Shown here: piece by piece, positions 17,194 to 27,401 of the stretch
Numbering within the stretch: position 1 is the stretch's first letter
Layout: the number at the start of each line of letters is the position of its first letter
Origin: Chloroflexota bacterium
GTDB taxonomy: Bacteria; Chloroflexota; Limnocylindria; Limnocylindrales; CSP1-4
NCBI GenBank assembly: GCA_034666725.1
Contig: JAXDLE010000169.1
Coordinates: forward strand, 1 to 46,201
Direction: 5' to 3'
DNA length: 46,201 nucleotides
The notes under the pieces: model-generated
Told to the model about the DNA's origin: nothing
What the model saw: only the letters and a program-made list of their open reading frames with translations
Database searches by the model: none
Position numbers and translations under genes: made by a program

Positions 17194-18612
17194 ATGGCAT
17201 ACCCCACACCCGCTGGATCGGTTAGCGATCTGATGGCGACGCTCGATGGCAGCGCCCATGTCGCGGACGGCAAGCTGGTCATCGACGACGAGTCGCGGAT
17301 GCGTAGCGACGGCATTCGCGCGGCTGCGTGGTCCGCGACATTCAGCGAGGACAAGGACGTCATCGAAGCTGCACGATGGATCATCTGGGAAGCGTCGCAG
17401 GCACTGGGCGCGCCGTCGGCGAGCATCCACGACCTGTACATGGCGCGCGGCCGGGGCGAGGTTCACGGCTTCACAGTCCCTGCGGTCAACATCCGCACGC
17501 AGGTCTTCGACATGGCCGCGACGATGTGCCGCGCGGCGGACGAGCTCGACGTGGGCACGATCGTCTTCGAGCTGGCGCGGAGCGAGCAGGAGTACACGTT
17601 TCAGCGGCCCGGCGAATACATCACGAGCGTCCTGGCGGGCTGCGTCGCTGCCGGCTGGCGCGGCCCGGTCTTCGTCCAGGGCGACCACTACCAATTCAAT
17701 GCGGCCAAGTACAAGGCCGACCCGGAAGCGACGGCTGAAGGCATCCGCAAGCTGACCCGCGAGGCGCTCGCGGTCGGCTACGGCAACATCGATATCGACT
17801 CGTCGACGCTGGTCGATCTGTCACAAGCGAGCGTCGACGAGCAGCAGCGCACGAACTACCAGCGCGCGGCCGAGATCAGCGCGCTGATTCGCGAGAACGA
17901 GCCTGCGGGCATGACCGTCAGCATCGGCGGCGAGATCGGCGAGGTCGGCAAGGAGAACTCGACCGAAGAGGAGCTGCGCGCCTATCTCGACGGCTACATC
18001 GCAGAGCTGCGCCGGCGCGCAGGCCAGGATGCCGTGGGCATCTCCAAGGTCAGCGTCCAGACCGGGACCTCGCACGGCGGCGTGCCGCTTGCCGGCGGCG
18101 GCGTCGCAAGCGTCAAGCTTGACTTCGGCACATTGGAGCGTCTATCGGCGGTGGCGCGCTCATACGGCCTGGCCGGTGCTGTCCAGCACGGTGCCTCGAC
18201 CCTGCCAGACGAGCTTTTCCACCAGTTCACGCGCGTCGAGACGGCCGAGATCCATCTCGCCACAGGCTTCCAGAACGCGCTGTACGAGCACGGCGCATTC
18301 CCGCGCGACCTGCTCGCCGAGATCGAGGCCTGGTGCGTCGCGAATTGCGCCGAAGAGCGCAAGCCCGGCGAGGCCGAGGACGTGTTCATCTACAAGACGC
18401 GCAAGAAGGCGCTCGGCCCGTTCAAGCGCCACCTGTGGGAGCTGCCAACCAAAGAGGAGATCCTGGCCGACCAGCACAAGAAGCTGCGCTTCCTGTACGA
18501 GCAGCTCGGCGTGGCGGGCTCCAAGGAGATGGTTGCGCGCTACATCAAGCCGCTGCGCAACTCGCGCCCCGCGCCGGCCGCTCTGTCCGCTGTCGCTGAG
18601 GTCGCCCGCTGA
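17194..18612 (+). CDS. Class II fructose-bisphosphate aldolase family protein (long form)
   Basis: FTVPAVN, QGDHYQ, GGEIGEVG, GTSHGG, VQHGASTLP. Confidence 0.88.
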   Translation: MAYPTPAGSVSDLMATLDGSAHVADGKLVIDDESRMRSDGIRAAAWSATFSEDKDVIEAARWIIWEASQALGAPSASIHDLYMARGRGEVHGFTVPAVNIRTQVFDMAATMCRAADELDVGTIVFELARSEQEYTFQRPGEYITSVLAGCVAAGWRGPVFVQGDHYQFNAAKYKADPEATAEGIRKLTREALAVGYGNIDIDSSTLVDLSQASVDEQQRTNYQRAAEISALIRENEPAGMTVSIGGEIGEVGKENSTEEELRAYLDGYIAELRRRAGQDAVGISKVSVQTGTSHGGVPLAGGGVASVKLDFGTLERLSAVARSYGLAGAVQHGASTLPDELFHQFTRVETAEIHLATGFQNALYEHGAFPRDLLAEIEAWCVANCAEERKPGEAEDVFIYKTRKKALGPFKRHLWELPTKEEILADQHKKLRFLYEQLGVAGSKEMVARYIKPLRNSRPAPAALSAVAEVAR

Positions 18613-19682
18613 TGGCACTCTCCGAATCCGCAGTGATGGCTGCGCTGAGCACGGTCCAGGAGCCCGAACTGGGGCGCGACATCGTGACGCTCAACATGGT
18701 CAAGGACCTCGAGGTCACCGATTCGCAGGTCAGCATGAAGATCGAGCTGACCACGCCCGCCTGCCCGCTCAAGGACGAGATCGAGCGCAACGTCCACACC
18801 GCTCTGGGCGACATCGGCGCAACGGAAGTGACGGTGACCTGGGGGGCCATGGTGCGTCGCGCGCAACCGGCGCAGGCGCAGCAATTGCTGCCCGGGGTCA
18901 AGAACATCATCGCCGTCGCGTCGGGCAAGGGCGGCGTCGGCAAGAGCACAGTTAGCGCCAACCTCGCCGTTGCTCTGGCGATGGAGGGCGCGTCGGTCGG
19001 CCTGCTCGACGCCGACATCACCGGTCCGAATATCCCGCTGATGCTCGGTGTGGAAGGCGCCCCGGCTGCCAGCCCTGAGGGCAAGATCACGCCGCTCGAG
19101 CGCTACGGCGTCAAGATCATCTCGATTCAGTTCTTCGTGCCCGAAGGCCAGCCCATCGTCTGGCGCGGGCCGCTGGTCGGCGGCGCGATCCAGCAGTTCC
19201 TGCGCGATGTCGATTGGGGCGAGCTCGACTATCTGGTGATCGACCTGCCACCGGGCACCTCCGATGCCCAGCTGACTCTTGCCCAAGCCGTCCCGATCTC
19301 GGGCGCGCTGCTTGTAACCACCCCACAGGACGTGGCAGTGCTCGACGTCTCCAAGGCGCTGGCGATGTTCAGGCGCATGAGCGTGCCCGTGATGGGCATC
19401 GTCGAGAACATGAGCAACTTCATCTGTCCGCACTGCGGTGAGGCGACCGAGATCTTCGGCCGCGGCGGCGGGCAGCGCTTCGCCGAGCGGAATGAATTGG
19501 AGTACTTCGGCGGCGTGCCGATCGATGTCAAGGTGCGCCAGGGCGGCGATGCGGGCGTGCCCGCGGTCGCTCAGCGTGAACCGGGCGCGGCCGCGGAAGT
19601 GCTGCGTGCCCTCGCGCGCCAGGTCGCGGCGCGCATGAGCGTCCGCGCCGCGCAGCAGGCCCCGGCGATCACCATCAGCTAG
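18612..19682 (+). CDS. mrp: Mrp/NBP35 (ApbC) Fe-S cluster carrier ATPase
   Basis: N-terminal LTTPACPLK domain; SGKGGVGKST; WRGP; DLPPGTSD; ENMSNFICPHCG. Confidence 0.96.
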   Translation: MALSESAVMAALSTVQEPELGRDIVTLNMVKDLEVTDSQVSMKIELTTPACPLKDEIERNVHTALGDIGATEVTVTWGAMVRRAQPAQAQQLLPGVKNIIAVASGKGGVGKSTVSANLAVALAMEGASVGLLDADITGPNIPLMLGVEGAPAASPEGKITPLERYGVKIISIQFFVPEGQPIVWRGPLVGGAIQQFLRDVDWGELDYLVIDLPPGTSDAQLTLAQAVPISGALLVTTPQDVAVLDVSKALAMFRRMSVPVMGIVENMSNFICPHCGEATEIFGRGGGQRFAERNELEYFGGVPIDVKVRQGGDAGVPAVAQREPGAAAEVLRALARQVAARMSVRAAQQAPAITIS

Positions 19683-19803
19683 GCCACTCGCTGTCAGCCA
19701 CACTGACAAAACGCGGTCAACCGGGGCGTTAGGCCGCTCGATCGCGCCCCGCCCATGCTGTGCGCACGAAGCACGAGCGTGAAATGCGATCCGCGACCTG
19801 GGC

Positions 19804-21003
19804 TTAAGGCTTTGTAGCCTCAGGAATGTCAGCCTGGCTGACCTCGGCGGCGCCTAACCAGGTCCAGAGGGCGGCGGCACAAGCAATTGCCGCGCGGCGA
19901 CGGCCCTCGTCGCCCGCCAGGAACGCGACGCGCGTCATCTCGACGACCTCACTGTCGGTGATGATCGCGATGCGCACGTGGGTGTCCGTGTCTTGGCGGA
20001 CAAAGACCGCCATCCCGATGTCCACGCTGCCGACGTCGCGGACGAACTCGGCCTCCCCCGGAAGGTCTTCTCCGTCCCCTTCGTAGCTGCCATTTGAGAA
20101 TTGACCAAAACGCAGGAACGGGGCAGCGCCAAGCAGCGTAAGCAGCGCACCGCCCATACCTGCTTCGCGGATTGCCACGGTGTGGCCGGCAAGTCTGTCG
20201 GCCAAGGCGTCGGACCAGGTCTGGTCGTCCTCCGCGAAGATGAACTCGCCCACTTGGGTGCGTAGCTTTGCCACTGCCGCATCGACGATGGTCTGCGCGG
20301 TCAGTCGGCCGTCTCCTTCCGCGCTGACGACGACATCGACCGCGTCCGCCCGGGCGTATGTCGCGACCTGCGGGTTCGCCCCGCGGAGCACGTCCTCGCC
20401 AATCAATGCGACCAACGCCGACTCGCCCACACCGGTCAGGCGCAGCGTGCGGGTCGCACGCTCAACGCCCAGCGCGCCGGCTCGCAGGCGCGACAGGGCA
20501 TGCTCGCGCCACATGGGCCACATCTCCCTGGGCGGTCCGGGCAGGGCAATGATCACCTGGCCCCCTTTGTGCTCGACCCACCACCCGGGCGCGGAGCCGT
20601 GCGCATTGGGGAGGGCGTCAGCACCATCGATGAGCCATGCCTGCTTGCGGTTAGCTTCGGGCATCGCGATGCCGCGGCGCGTGAACAGCGCCTCGATCTC
20701 CGCGAGCAGCGCCTCGTCGACGCGCGGCTCGAGCCCGCATGCGGCGGCGATCGCCTCGCGCGTCAGGTCATCGGGGGTAGGCCCCAGGCCGCCCGTTGTG
20801 ATCACCAGATCCGCATCGCGCAGGGCGTCTGCGACCGCCGTCGTGGCGATGGCCAGGTCATCGGGGAGCGCCACGCTGCGCAACACGCGCACGCCCAGGC
20901 TGGTCAGCTCGCGCGCCAGATCGCCGCTATTCGTGTCGCGCGTCGTGCCCGTGGTCAGCTCGCTGCCCACGGCCAGGATCACGGCCGTCCTGATGGCCCT
21001 CAC
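19804..21003 (-). CDS. cinA: CinA-family protein (MoCF-binding N-domain, degenerate C-terminal PncC domain)
   Basis: AVGSELTTG..DTNS, TTGGLGPTPDDLTRE, NRKQA, GSAPG, LPGPPREM. Confidence 0.88.
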   Translation of the reverse strand: MRAIRTAVILAVGSELTTGTTRDTNSGDLARELTSLGVRVLRSVALPDDLAIATTAVADALRDADLVITTGGLGPTPDDLTREAIAAACGLEPRVDEALLAEIEALFTRRGIAMPEANRKQAWLIDGADALPNAHGSAPGWWVEHKGGQVIIALPGPPREMWPMWREHALSRLRAGALGVERATRTLRLTGVGESALVALIGEDVLRGANPQVATYARADAVDVVVSAEGDGRLTAQTIVDAAVAKLRTQVGEFIFAEDDQTWSDALADRLAGHTVAIREAGMGGALLTLLGAAPFLRFGQFSNGSYEGDGEDLPGEAEFVRDVGSVDIGMAVFVRQDTDTHVRIAIITDSEVVEMTRVAFLAGDEGRRRAAIACAAALWTWLGAAEVSQADIPEATKP

Positions 21004-21065
21004 TCCTGCAAGGTAGCGCAAGCATGGCTTAGCGCAGCCACGCGACCTTGAGCCATCGGCGACTT

Positions 21066-21467
21066 CTAACCCTCGTAGATATCGAGCTCCAGCATCAGGC
21101 AACCCTTTCGCGTGGTGAATGGGCCATGCCAAATGCCCGCCGGTCGAGCTGCGAAGGTGAGCGGCTCAAACTGCTCCCCGCCGTTTCCCTCGGCGTCGCA
21201 GCCCACGACGAGGTCGCCTGACAGCAGCAGGATCTCTTCACGGTAATCGTGTCTAACCTGCTCCGGCAGCAACGTGCGCGGCTGCCATCTCGCGAGACGC
21301 GTACGCGAACCCGTCTGCGTTTGCTCGTCGAGATTGTCGGCCAGGATCACCTCTGAGATCCATCCCTCGTGGCCGGATACCGGCTGCCAACGAACGTCCC
21401 CGAGCGCGGCCCCATCGTGGGGCACGGCAAAGAATTCGCGGTGCTGTTTTGGGCGTGCTGGGGTCAT
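21066..21467 (-). CDS. Cupin domain protein (ChrR-like)
   Basis: HDYREEILLLSGDL and RPAGIWHGPF cupin motifs. Confidence 0.8.
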   Translation of the reverse strand: MTPARPKQHREFFAVPHDGAALGDVRWQPVSGHEGWISEVILADNLDEQTQTGSRTRLARWQPRTLLPEQVRHDYREEILLLSGDLVVGCDAEGNGGEQFEPLTFAARPAGIWHGPFTTRKGCLMLELDIYEG

Positions 21468-21501
21468 GGCGAGAGTTGTAGCACCCACGTGGTGGGTCGA
21501 G

Positions 21502-21528
21502 TTAGCAATCTCATGACCAGAGTGCTAA
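21502..21528 (+). promoter_or_regulatory. CIRCE element (HrcA operator)
   Basis: TTAGCAATC-N9-GAGTGCTAA, one mismatch to TTAGCACTC-N9-GAGTGCTAA, upstream of groL. Confidence 0.93.
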
Positions 21529-21611
21529 CCTAGGCAGCGTTGCGGCCGCCCGACTGACGCAGCCGCGCGAGACAGACGCCGAGCCAGACGAGAGAGGTAG
21601 ATCCAACAGAC

Positions 21612-23252
21612 ATGGCCAAGCTCATTACGTATGACGAGGAAGCCCGCGCAGCGATGAAGCGCGGCATGGACGCGCTCGCCGAGGCGGTCAAGACGACGCT
21701 CGGCCCCAAGGGCCGCAACGTCGCGCTCGACAAGAAATACGGCGCCCCCACCGTGACCCACGACGGCGTCACCGTGGCCAGGGACATCGAGCTCGATGAC
21801 CCGTTCGAGAACATGGGCGCGCAGCTCCTCAAGGAAGCTGCCACCAAGACCGAGGACGTAGCCGGAGACGGTACGACGACCGCCACGGTGCTCGCCCAGG
21901 CGATCGTCACCGAGGGCCTCAAGAACGTCGCCAGTGGCGCAAACCCCATGCAGATGAAGCTCGGTATCGACAAGGCCGCCAAGGCGGTTTCCGACTCCAT
22001 CAGGGCCGCCGCGACGCCGGTCAAGGGCCGCGACGAGATCGCCCAGGTGGCCACCGTGTCCGCCGCGGACAAGGAGATCGGCAACCTCATCGCCGAAGTC
22101 ATGGACAAGGTCGGCAAAGACGGCGTGATCACCGTCGAAGAGTCGAAGACGATGCAGTTCGAGACCGAATACGTCGAGGGCATGCAGTTCGACCGCGGTT
22201 ACACCAGCGCCTACTTCGTGACCGACGCGACGCGTATGGAAGCCACTCTCGACGATCCTTACATCCTGATCACCGACAAGAAGATCAGCGCCATTCCGGA
22301 CCTGCTGCCGACGCTCGAGAAGATCCTCACGTCGGGCAAGAAGGACATCCTGATCATCGCCGAAGACGTCGATGGCGAAGCGCTCTCGACGCTCGTGGTC
22401 AACAAGCTGCGCGGCGTGCTCAACGTGCTCGCCGTCAAGGCCCCGGGCTTCGGTGATCGGCGCAAGGAGATGCTGCGCGACATCGCCATCCTGACGGGCG
22501 GCACGGTCATCTCCGAGGAGCTCGGGCGCAAGCTCGACTCGGTCGTCGTCGAGGACCTTGGTCGCGCGCGGCGCATCGTCACCAACAAGGACAACACGAC
22601 GCTCATCGAAGGCCGCGGCAACGAAGCCGACATCGCGGCGCGGATCAAGCAGATCAAGACGCAGATCGAGGACACGACCTCGGACTACGACAAGGAGAAG
22701 CTCCAGGAGCGCATGGCCAAGCTCTCCGGCGGCGTGGCGATAATCAAGGTCGGTGCCGGAACCGAGACCGAGCTCAAGGAAAAGAAGCACCGCGTCGAGG
22801 ACGCGCTTTCCGCGACGCGCAGCGCTGTCGAGGAAGGCATCGTGCCCGGTGGCGGCGTGGCGCTGATCAACGCCCAGGCCGCACTGGACTCGCTCAAGCT
22901 TGACGGCGACGCCGGCGTAGGGGTGGGCATCGTCCGCCGCGCGCTGGAAGAGCCGCTCCGGCAGCTCGCCGAGAACGCCGGCCTGAACGGCCAGGTGGTG
23001 CTCGAGAACGTGCGCCGCAACCAGGCCGAGAAGAAGAGCACCACGATTGGATACGACGTCATGTCCGACGAGTACACCGATCTCGTTGTCCAGGGCATCG
23101 TCGATCCGGCGAAGGTCACCCGCTCGGCAGTCGAGAACGCTGCTTCGATCGGCGGCATGGTGCTCACGACCGAGGTCATGATCACCGACAAGCCCGAGCC
23201 CAAGGGGGCCATGCCCACAGGCATGCCGCCGGGCGGCATGGGCGACTTCTAA
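21612..23252 (+). CDS. groL: Chaperonin GroEL
   Basis: [34 protein letters not shown] tail. Confidence 0.99.
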   Translation: MAKLITYDEEARAAMKRGMDALAEAVKTTLGPKGRNVALDKKYGAPTVTHDGVTVARDIELDDPFENMGAQLLKEAATKTEDVAGDGTTTATVLAQAIVTEGLKNVASGANPMQMKLGIDKAAKAVSDSIRAAATPVKGRDEIAQVATVSAADKEIGNLIAEVMDKVGKDGVITVEESKTMQFETEYVEGMQFDRGYTSAYFVTDATRMEATLDDPYILITDKKISAIPDLLPTLEKILTSGKKDILIIAEDVDGEALSTLVVNKLRGVLNVLAVKAPGFGDRRKEMLRDIAILTGGTVISEELGRKLDSVVVEDLGRARRIVTNKDNTTLIEGRGNEADIAARIKQIKTQIEDTTSDYDKEKLQERMAKLSGGVAIIKVGAGTETELKEKKHRVEDALSATRSAVEEGIVPGGGVALINAQAALDSLKLDGDAGVGVGIVRRALEEPLRQLAENAGLNGQVVLENVRRNQAEKKSTTIGYDVMSDEYTDLVVQGIVDPAKVTRSAVENAASIGGMVLTTEVMITDKPEPKGAMPTGMPPGGMGDF

Positions 23253-23274
23253 GCGCCTTTCCCAAGAACCGACG

Positions 23275-23310
23275 CGAGGCCCGGCCGCACGAAGGTCGGG
23301 CCTCGTTGAT
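23275..23310 (+). terminator. Probable terminator hairpin after groL
   Basis: CGAGGCCCGGCC-loop-GGTCGGGCCTCG followed by TTGATT. Confidence 0.65.
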
Positions 23311-23391
23311 TCCTCCGCAATGCCGCTGTATGCGTCGCGGGCCGAACGGCGCTTGACCGATCTGCATCCCCACCCGAGCATTTGATGCGAA

Positions 23392-24204
23392 ATGAGTGAT
23401 GAGCGCGCGCCCGGGCTGGGCGCCCAGTTCGGCCGCACACGGGCCGCGGTCGTTGGCCTTTTCCAGTCGCACGTCGACCTGCTCAAGGCCGAGATCTCCG
23501 AGATTGCGTCGCAGCTAAAGCTGATCGCCGCTCAGGCCGGGTGCGCGCTGGTCATCCTTCTGATGACCAGCACCCTGCTGTACGTCGGCGGCTTCCTCTT
23601 CATGGGGGAGTGGCTCTTCGGGTCGATCGGCTGGGGGCTCGCCCACGGCGTGCTCTTTGGTTTCGCGCTGGCCGTGATCCTGGGTTTGGCGATCATCGGT
23701 GCGTCACGCCGCGCGGCTCTGGGCAGCCTGTTCCTGGCGGTCCTGGTGACGATCGGTCTGGCCGCGCTGTGCGGCTCGAACGTGGGCTACAACGCGGCAA
23801 GCAACGCCGCTCAGCAGCTCGCCTTCCCGCTGAATGGGACAGTCGCGGTTGCGCTCGTCGCTGGTGCCGTTGTCGGGGCGATCCTGTTTGCACTGATGTT
23901 GGCGCGCGTGGCCGGTCGAGCCGGATTCGTCGGCGGACTGTTCCTGGGCGCAATCGTCGGCATGCCGATCGGCTGGCTGATCGCTGCCGCGCCGTGGACG
24001 TGGCCGCCTGCAATCGGGTTCGCGATCACTCTCGGATTGATCTCGTGGCCGATATTTGACGCGGTGCTCGCGCTGCCCGGGCTCGATCCGGCAGAGCGCT
24101 TCGCGAAGCTCTACCCGCGCGAGTCATTAGAGGCCGCGAAGGAGACGCGCGCATGGTTGGAGGAGCAATGGCAGACGAGACGAGCGAAGCTCGGCGGCCG
24201 GTAG
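23392..24204 (+). CDS. Multi-pass membrane protein, phage-holin-family (YhjD-like) N-terminus
   Basis: LFQSHVDLLKAEISE start and P.ESLEAAKETRAWL end are typical of that family; extra TM helices between them. Confidence 0.7.
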   Translation: MSDERAPGLGAQFGRTRAAVVGLFQSHVDLLKAEISEIASQLKLIAAQAGCALVILLMTSTLLYVGGFLFMGEWLFGSIGWGLAHGVLFGFALAVILGLAIIGASRRAALGSLFLAVLVTIGLAALCGSNVGYNAASNAAQQLAFPLNGTVAVALVAGAVVGAILFALMLARVAGRAGFVGGLFLGAIVGMPIGWLIAAAPWTWPPAIGFAITLGLISWPIFDAVLALPGLDPAERFAKLYPRESLEAAKETRAWLEEQWQTRRAKLGGR

Positions 24205-24767
24205 CGCCGAAGGTGGCCGCGGCGCGCAAAGGCGTCGAGGCTGCCCGCGAAGGCGTTGCCACCGAGTTCGACAACCTCAACAGTTCGGTCCGCGCCGCGG
24301 CCGACATCCCGGCCAAGATCAAGCGCAACCCGGTGCCCACGCTGGGCGCCGCGGGTGGCGCGGCGTTCCTCCTGCTGGGCGGCCCGAAGCGCGTCGCGCA
24401 GAGCGTCGAGAGACGCCTGTTCCCCAAGCGCCAAAGCCGCCCGCCCAAGGTGCTGCCGCGCGACGTCGAGAAGAGTCTCGACAGACTGCCCGAGGAGGAC
24501 CGCGCCATGGTGCGCGCTCATCTCGAGCGTGATTTCGCCACGTACCTACGCGAGGAGCACGCCAAGGATCCGCCCAACGCGCGAACCGCGGCCTGGAAGA
24601 CGTATGACCTGGTGCTGGGCATCGTCGGCGCCGCCGCGGCGCGCGAGCTCGTCAAGAAGCTCTTCGCGGTGCCCAAGGAAGTGCGCGTCGATGAGCGGAA
24701 GGAAACCGCCGAGGTGGAAGTCGACGCCGAAGAGCAGAAGGCCGAAGCGCGCTCGAAGGCGCGCTAG
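24168..24767 (+). CDS. Hypothetical protein, DUF3618-like partner of the holin-like gene
   Basis: GGAGGAG SD; VEAAREGVATEFDNL...IKRNPVPTLGAAGGAAFLL. Confidence 0.65.
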   Translation: MADETSEARRPVAPKVAAARKGVEAAREGVATEFDNLNSSVRAAADIPAKIKRNPVPTLGAAGGAAFLLLGGPKRVAQSVERRLFPKRQSRPPKVLPRDVEKSLDRLPEEDRAMVRAHLERDFATYLREEHAKDPPNARTAAWKTYDLVLGIVGAAAARELVKKLFAVPKEVRVDERKETAEVEVDAEEQKAEARSKAR

Positions 24768-25615
24768 CAGCAGCCGCCCGCGCCGCAGCCGCAACCCGCG
24801 CTCGCGGCCTTCGCGAGGGGCAGCTCGCGCCGGCTCATATCGATCTGTGGAGCGGCGCCTGACGCCCCTCCAGCGACTGGCTTCGTCGCCTTGATGATCG
24901 CGCTGTCCATCCCGTCCGCGACGGCGTGCGTCGCGGTCAGGCTGATATCGGTCAGTCCGACGGACTCGAGGCCCGACACGAACTCGGCGTACGACAGCGC
25001 GCCGGCGATGCACCCTACGTACGAGCCGCGCTCGGCGCGCTCCGTGGGGGAGAGGTGGTCCTGCGCGACGATGTCGGTGATGCCCATGCGGCCGCCGGGC
25101 TTCAGGACGCGGGCGATCTCGCGGAACACAGCCGGCTTGTCGGCGGCGAGGTTAATGACGCAGTTGCTGATGACGACGTCAACCGATGCGGCGGGGAGGG
25201 GGATGCTCTCGATGTGGCCGCGCACGAACTCGACATTCGTCGCGCCGGCCTCGGCAGCGTTGCGCTGAGCCAGCGCGAGCATCTCGTCGGTCATGTCGAG
25301 ACCGATCGCCCGGCCAGTTGGGCCGACGCGTTTTGCCGACAGCAGCACGTCTATGCCACCGCCTGATCCCAGATCGAGGACGCGCTCGCCCTCGTGCAGG
25401 TCGGCGACGGCAATCGGGTTGCCGCAACCCAGGCTGGCCAGGACAGCCGCGTTGGGAAGCTCCGCGCGTTCGAGCGCCGAGTAGAGCTCTGAGCCGTAGC
25501 TGTCGCTATCGACTGCGCAACCGGCTTTGGCGCTGATAGCGGCCGCGGCGTACCTGGCGCGGACCCCTTCGTGAATTGTTTCTGTGGACGGCGTCGTTGG
25601 GGCTGTCGCGTTCAT
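24764..25615 (-). CDS. arsM: Arsenite S-adenosylmethionine methyltransferase
   Basis: [42 protein letters not shown]; Cys-rich tail. Confidence 0.93.
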   Translation of the reverse strand: MNATAPTTPSTETIHEGVRARYAAAAISAKAGCAVDSDSYGSELYSALERAELPNAAVLASLGCGNPIAVADLHEGERVLDLGSGGGIDVLLSAKRVGPTGRAIGLDMTDEMLALAQRNAAEAGATNVEFVRGHIESIPLPAASVDVVISNCVINLAADKPAVFREIARVLKPGGRMGITDIVAQDHLSPTERAERGSYVGCIAGALSYAEFVSGLESVGLTDISLTATHAVADGMDSAIIKATKPVAGGASGAAPQIDMSRRELPLAKAASAGCGCGAGGCC

Positions 25616-25619
25616 GCTG

Positions 25620-25657
25620 TATTGATACTTGCAAATATCGATACTTGTCAATACCAT
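25620..25657. promoter_or_regulatory. Divergent arsM/arsR promoters with probable ArsR operator
   Basis: AT-rich island; + strand TTGCAA-N17-TACCAT, - strand TTGACA; GATACTTG direct repeat inside ATTGA...TCAAT inverted ends. Confidence 0.65.
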
Positions 25658-25667
25658 CGGCGAAGAA

Positions 25668-26009
25668 ATGAAGAAACCGACGGATCCGGACCACCGATTG
25701 CTCCAGGGCGCTGCCGATCCCACACGGCTGGAGATCTTGCGCCAGCTGGCCGCCGCCAGTGGCGTGTGCGCGTGTGACTTCACGTCGTGCTGTGACGTCG
25801 CCCAGCCCACTGTGAGTCACCACCTGAAGGTTCTGCGGGAGTCGGGTTGGGTGCGCGCCGAGCGGCGCGGCTCGTTCGTCTACTACTTCCTGCGGCCGGA
25901 GGCCGTGGCGCGCTTCCAGGAGCTCGCCGGCCAGCTCAGCCCAATGTTCGCCGCAGCGACCACGCCGCCCTCGCCGCGCGCTCTACCGGTCATCCAGCCG
26001 CTCGCCTAA
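25668..26009 (+). CDS. arsR: ArsR/SmtB metalloregulator
   Basis: ADPTRLEIL, VCACDF, QPTVSHHLKVLRESG; divergent from arsM. Confidence 0.92.
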   Translation: MKKPTDPDHRLLQGAADPTRLEILRQLAAASGVCACDFTSCCDVAQPTVSHHLKVLRESGWVRAERRGSFVYYFLRPEAVARFQELAGQLSPMFAAATTPPSPRALPVIQPLA

Positions 26010-26019
26010 ACTCGATTCC

Positions 26020-26108
26020 GGGCGAGTGGCGAAATTGGCAGACGCAAGGGCCTTAGGAGCCCTCGCCGCGAAAGCGGCGTGCCGGTTCGAATCCGGCCTC
26101 GCCCACCA
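26020..26108 (+). tRNA. tRNA-Leu (anticodon TAG), CCA encoded
   Basis: Acceptor GGGCGAG/CTCGCCC-A-CCA; anticodon arm AGGGC-CTTAGGA-GCCCT; long variable arm; GTTCGAATC T-loop. Confidence 0.96.
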
Positions 26109-26111
26109 GCC

Positions 26112-27401
26112 TCAGCCGTTGACGGCTGTCACCACGAGCGCGAGCGACATCACCACAAGGACCACGGTCACCGTCCAGCCGAGCGCCAGGTTTATCCGGC
26201 CGCTGACGAGATTGCCCATCAGCCGGCGATCGCCTGCCAGCAGCATCACGAAGACCAGGATCACCGGCAGCAGCAGCCCATTGATGACCTGGGCCACAAA
26301 CATCACCTGGATGAGCGGCAGGCCGGGGATCAGCATGAACAACGCCGCGAAGCCGATGAAGAATGCCAGCAGGCCATAGAACGCCGGCGCCTCGCGCCAG
26401 CGCCAACCGACACCCTGCTCCCAACCGAAGGCCTCGCACGCGGTGTATGCCGACGCGAGAGGAACGACCCCCAAGCCCAACAGCGACGCGGCCAGGAGTC
26501 CAATCGCGAACAAGACGGACGCAACTGGTCCGGCGAGCGGACCCAGCGCCTGCGCGGCCTGTGCGGCGTCGCTGATCTCGTGCTGGCCGGCCGCGAACAG
26601 GGTCGCCGCGCAGGCAATGACGATGAACGCGGCCACGACGTTGGTTATCAGCACGCCAATCAGCACGTCGAGCCGCTCGGCGGCTAGCTCCTCGGGCCGC
26701 AACCGCTTGTCGACGACGTACGCCTGGATGAAGCCTTGCCCCCACGGTGTGATCGTGGTGCCCACCGTGCCGACGACGGCAAGCATGTATGCGCCGCTGA
26801 ACGTGCCGTGCGGCACAACCAGTGAGATAGCCGCGACCGACCAGTCGGGCCGCGACAGCACGGCCGACACCACGTACGCGATCGAAACCAGCAAGCCGAT
26901 GCCCACGAACGCGTACTGGACGCGGCCAAAGCTGCCCTGACTGATCAGCGTGATCACCGCGACCGCGGCAATCAGCGCGCTGACCGGCACCGGCACACCG
27001 AACAACGAGAGGGCCGCGCTGATGCCCGCGAATTCCGACACGGTCGAGCCCAAGTTGGCGAGGATCATCGTCAGGGCGGCGAACGCGGCCCAGCGCACGC
27101 CGAAGCGCTCGCGGATCAACCCGGTCAGGCCCTGTCCGGTTGCGAGGCCCATCCGCGCCCCGATCTCCTGGGTCACGAACAACGCCAGCTGGGTGACGAG
27201 GATGACCCACAGCAGGTCGTAACCGAACTTGGCGCCGGCGAGCGAATAGGTCGTGATGCCGCCGGCGTCGTTGTCGGCGAAGCCGCTGACGATGCCCGGC
27301 CCGAGCACCGCGAGGACCGCCGCGAAGCGCGCTCGCCGGCCGAAGCGCGGCGGCCCGTGAGTCCTCTGCTGGCCGGCGACGCCGCGCGGCGCCGCGCTCA
27401 A
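26112..27401 (-). CDS. NRAMP-family divalent cation transporter (Mg2+-type NRMT-like)
   Basis: GPGIVSGFADNDAGGITTYSLAGA, GTTITPW; about 11 TM segments. Confidence 0.9.
   Translation of the reverse strand: MSAAPRGVAGQQRTHGPPRFGRRARFAAVLAVLGPGIVSGFADNDAGGITTYSLAGAKFGYDLLWVILVTQLALFVTQEIGARMGLATGQGLTGLIRERFGVRWAAFAALTMILANLGSTVSEFAGISAALSLFGVPVPVSALIAAVAVITLISQGSFGRVQYAFVGIGLLVSIAYVVSAVLSRPDWSVAAISLVVPHGTFSGAYMLAVVGTVGTTITPWGQGFIQAYVVDKRLRPEELAAERLDVLIGVLITNVVAAFIVIACAATLFAAGQHEISDAAQAAQALGPLAGPVASVLFAIGLLAASLLGLGVVPLASAYTACEAFGWEQGVGWRWREAPAFYGLLAFFIGFAALFMLIPGLPLIQVMFVAQVINGLLLPVILVFVMLLAGDRRLMGNLVSGRINLALGWTVTVVLVVMSLALVVTAVNG

Noticed and set aside
19683-19803. Intergenic region between mrp and cinA as a possible ncRNA
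   Set aside because: Only a short TGTCAG/CTGACA hairpin; no recognisable RNA family motif.
21525-23486. 653-aa minus-strand ORF
   Set aside because: Antisense shadow of groL.
24764-25615. Selenocysteine readthrough in ArsM
   Set aside because: No in-frame TGA; the gene ends at TAG after CC.
26020-26108. tRNA-Leu as an integration site for an ars or metal-transport island
   Set aside because: No integrase, and I found no duplicate of the tRNA 3' end in the window.
26026-26379. ORF overlapping the tRNA
   Set aside because: Spurious translation of the tRNA and the antisense strand of the NRAMP gene.
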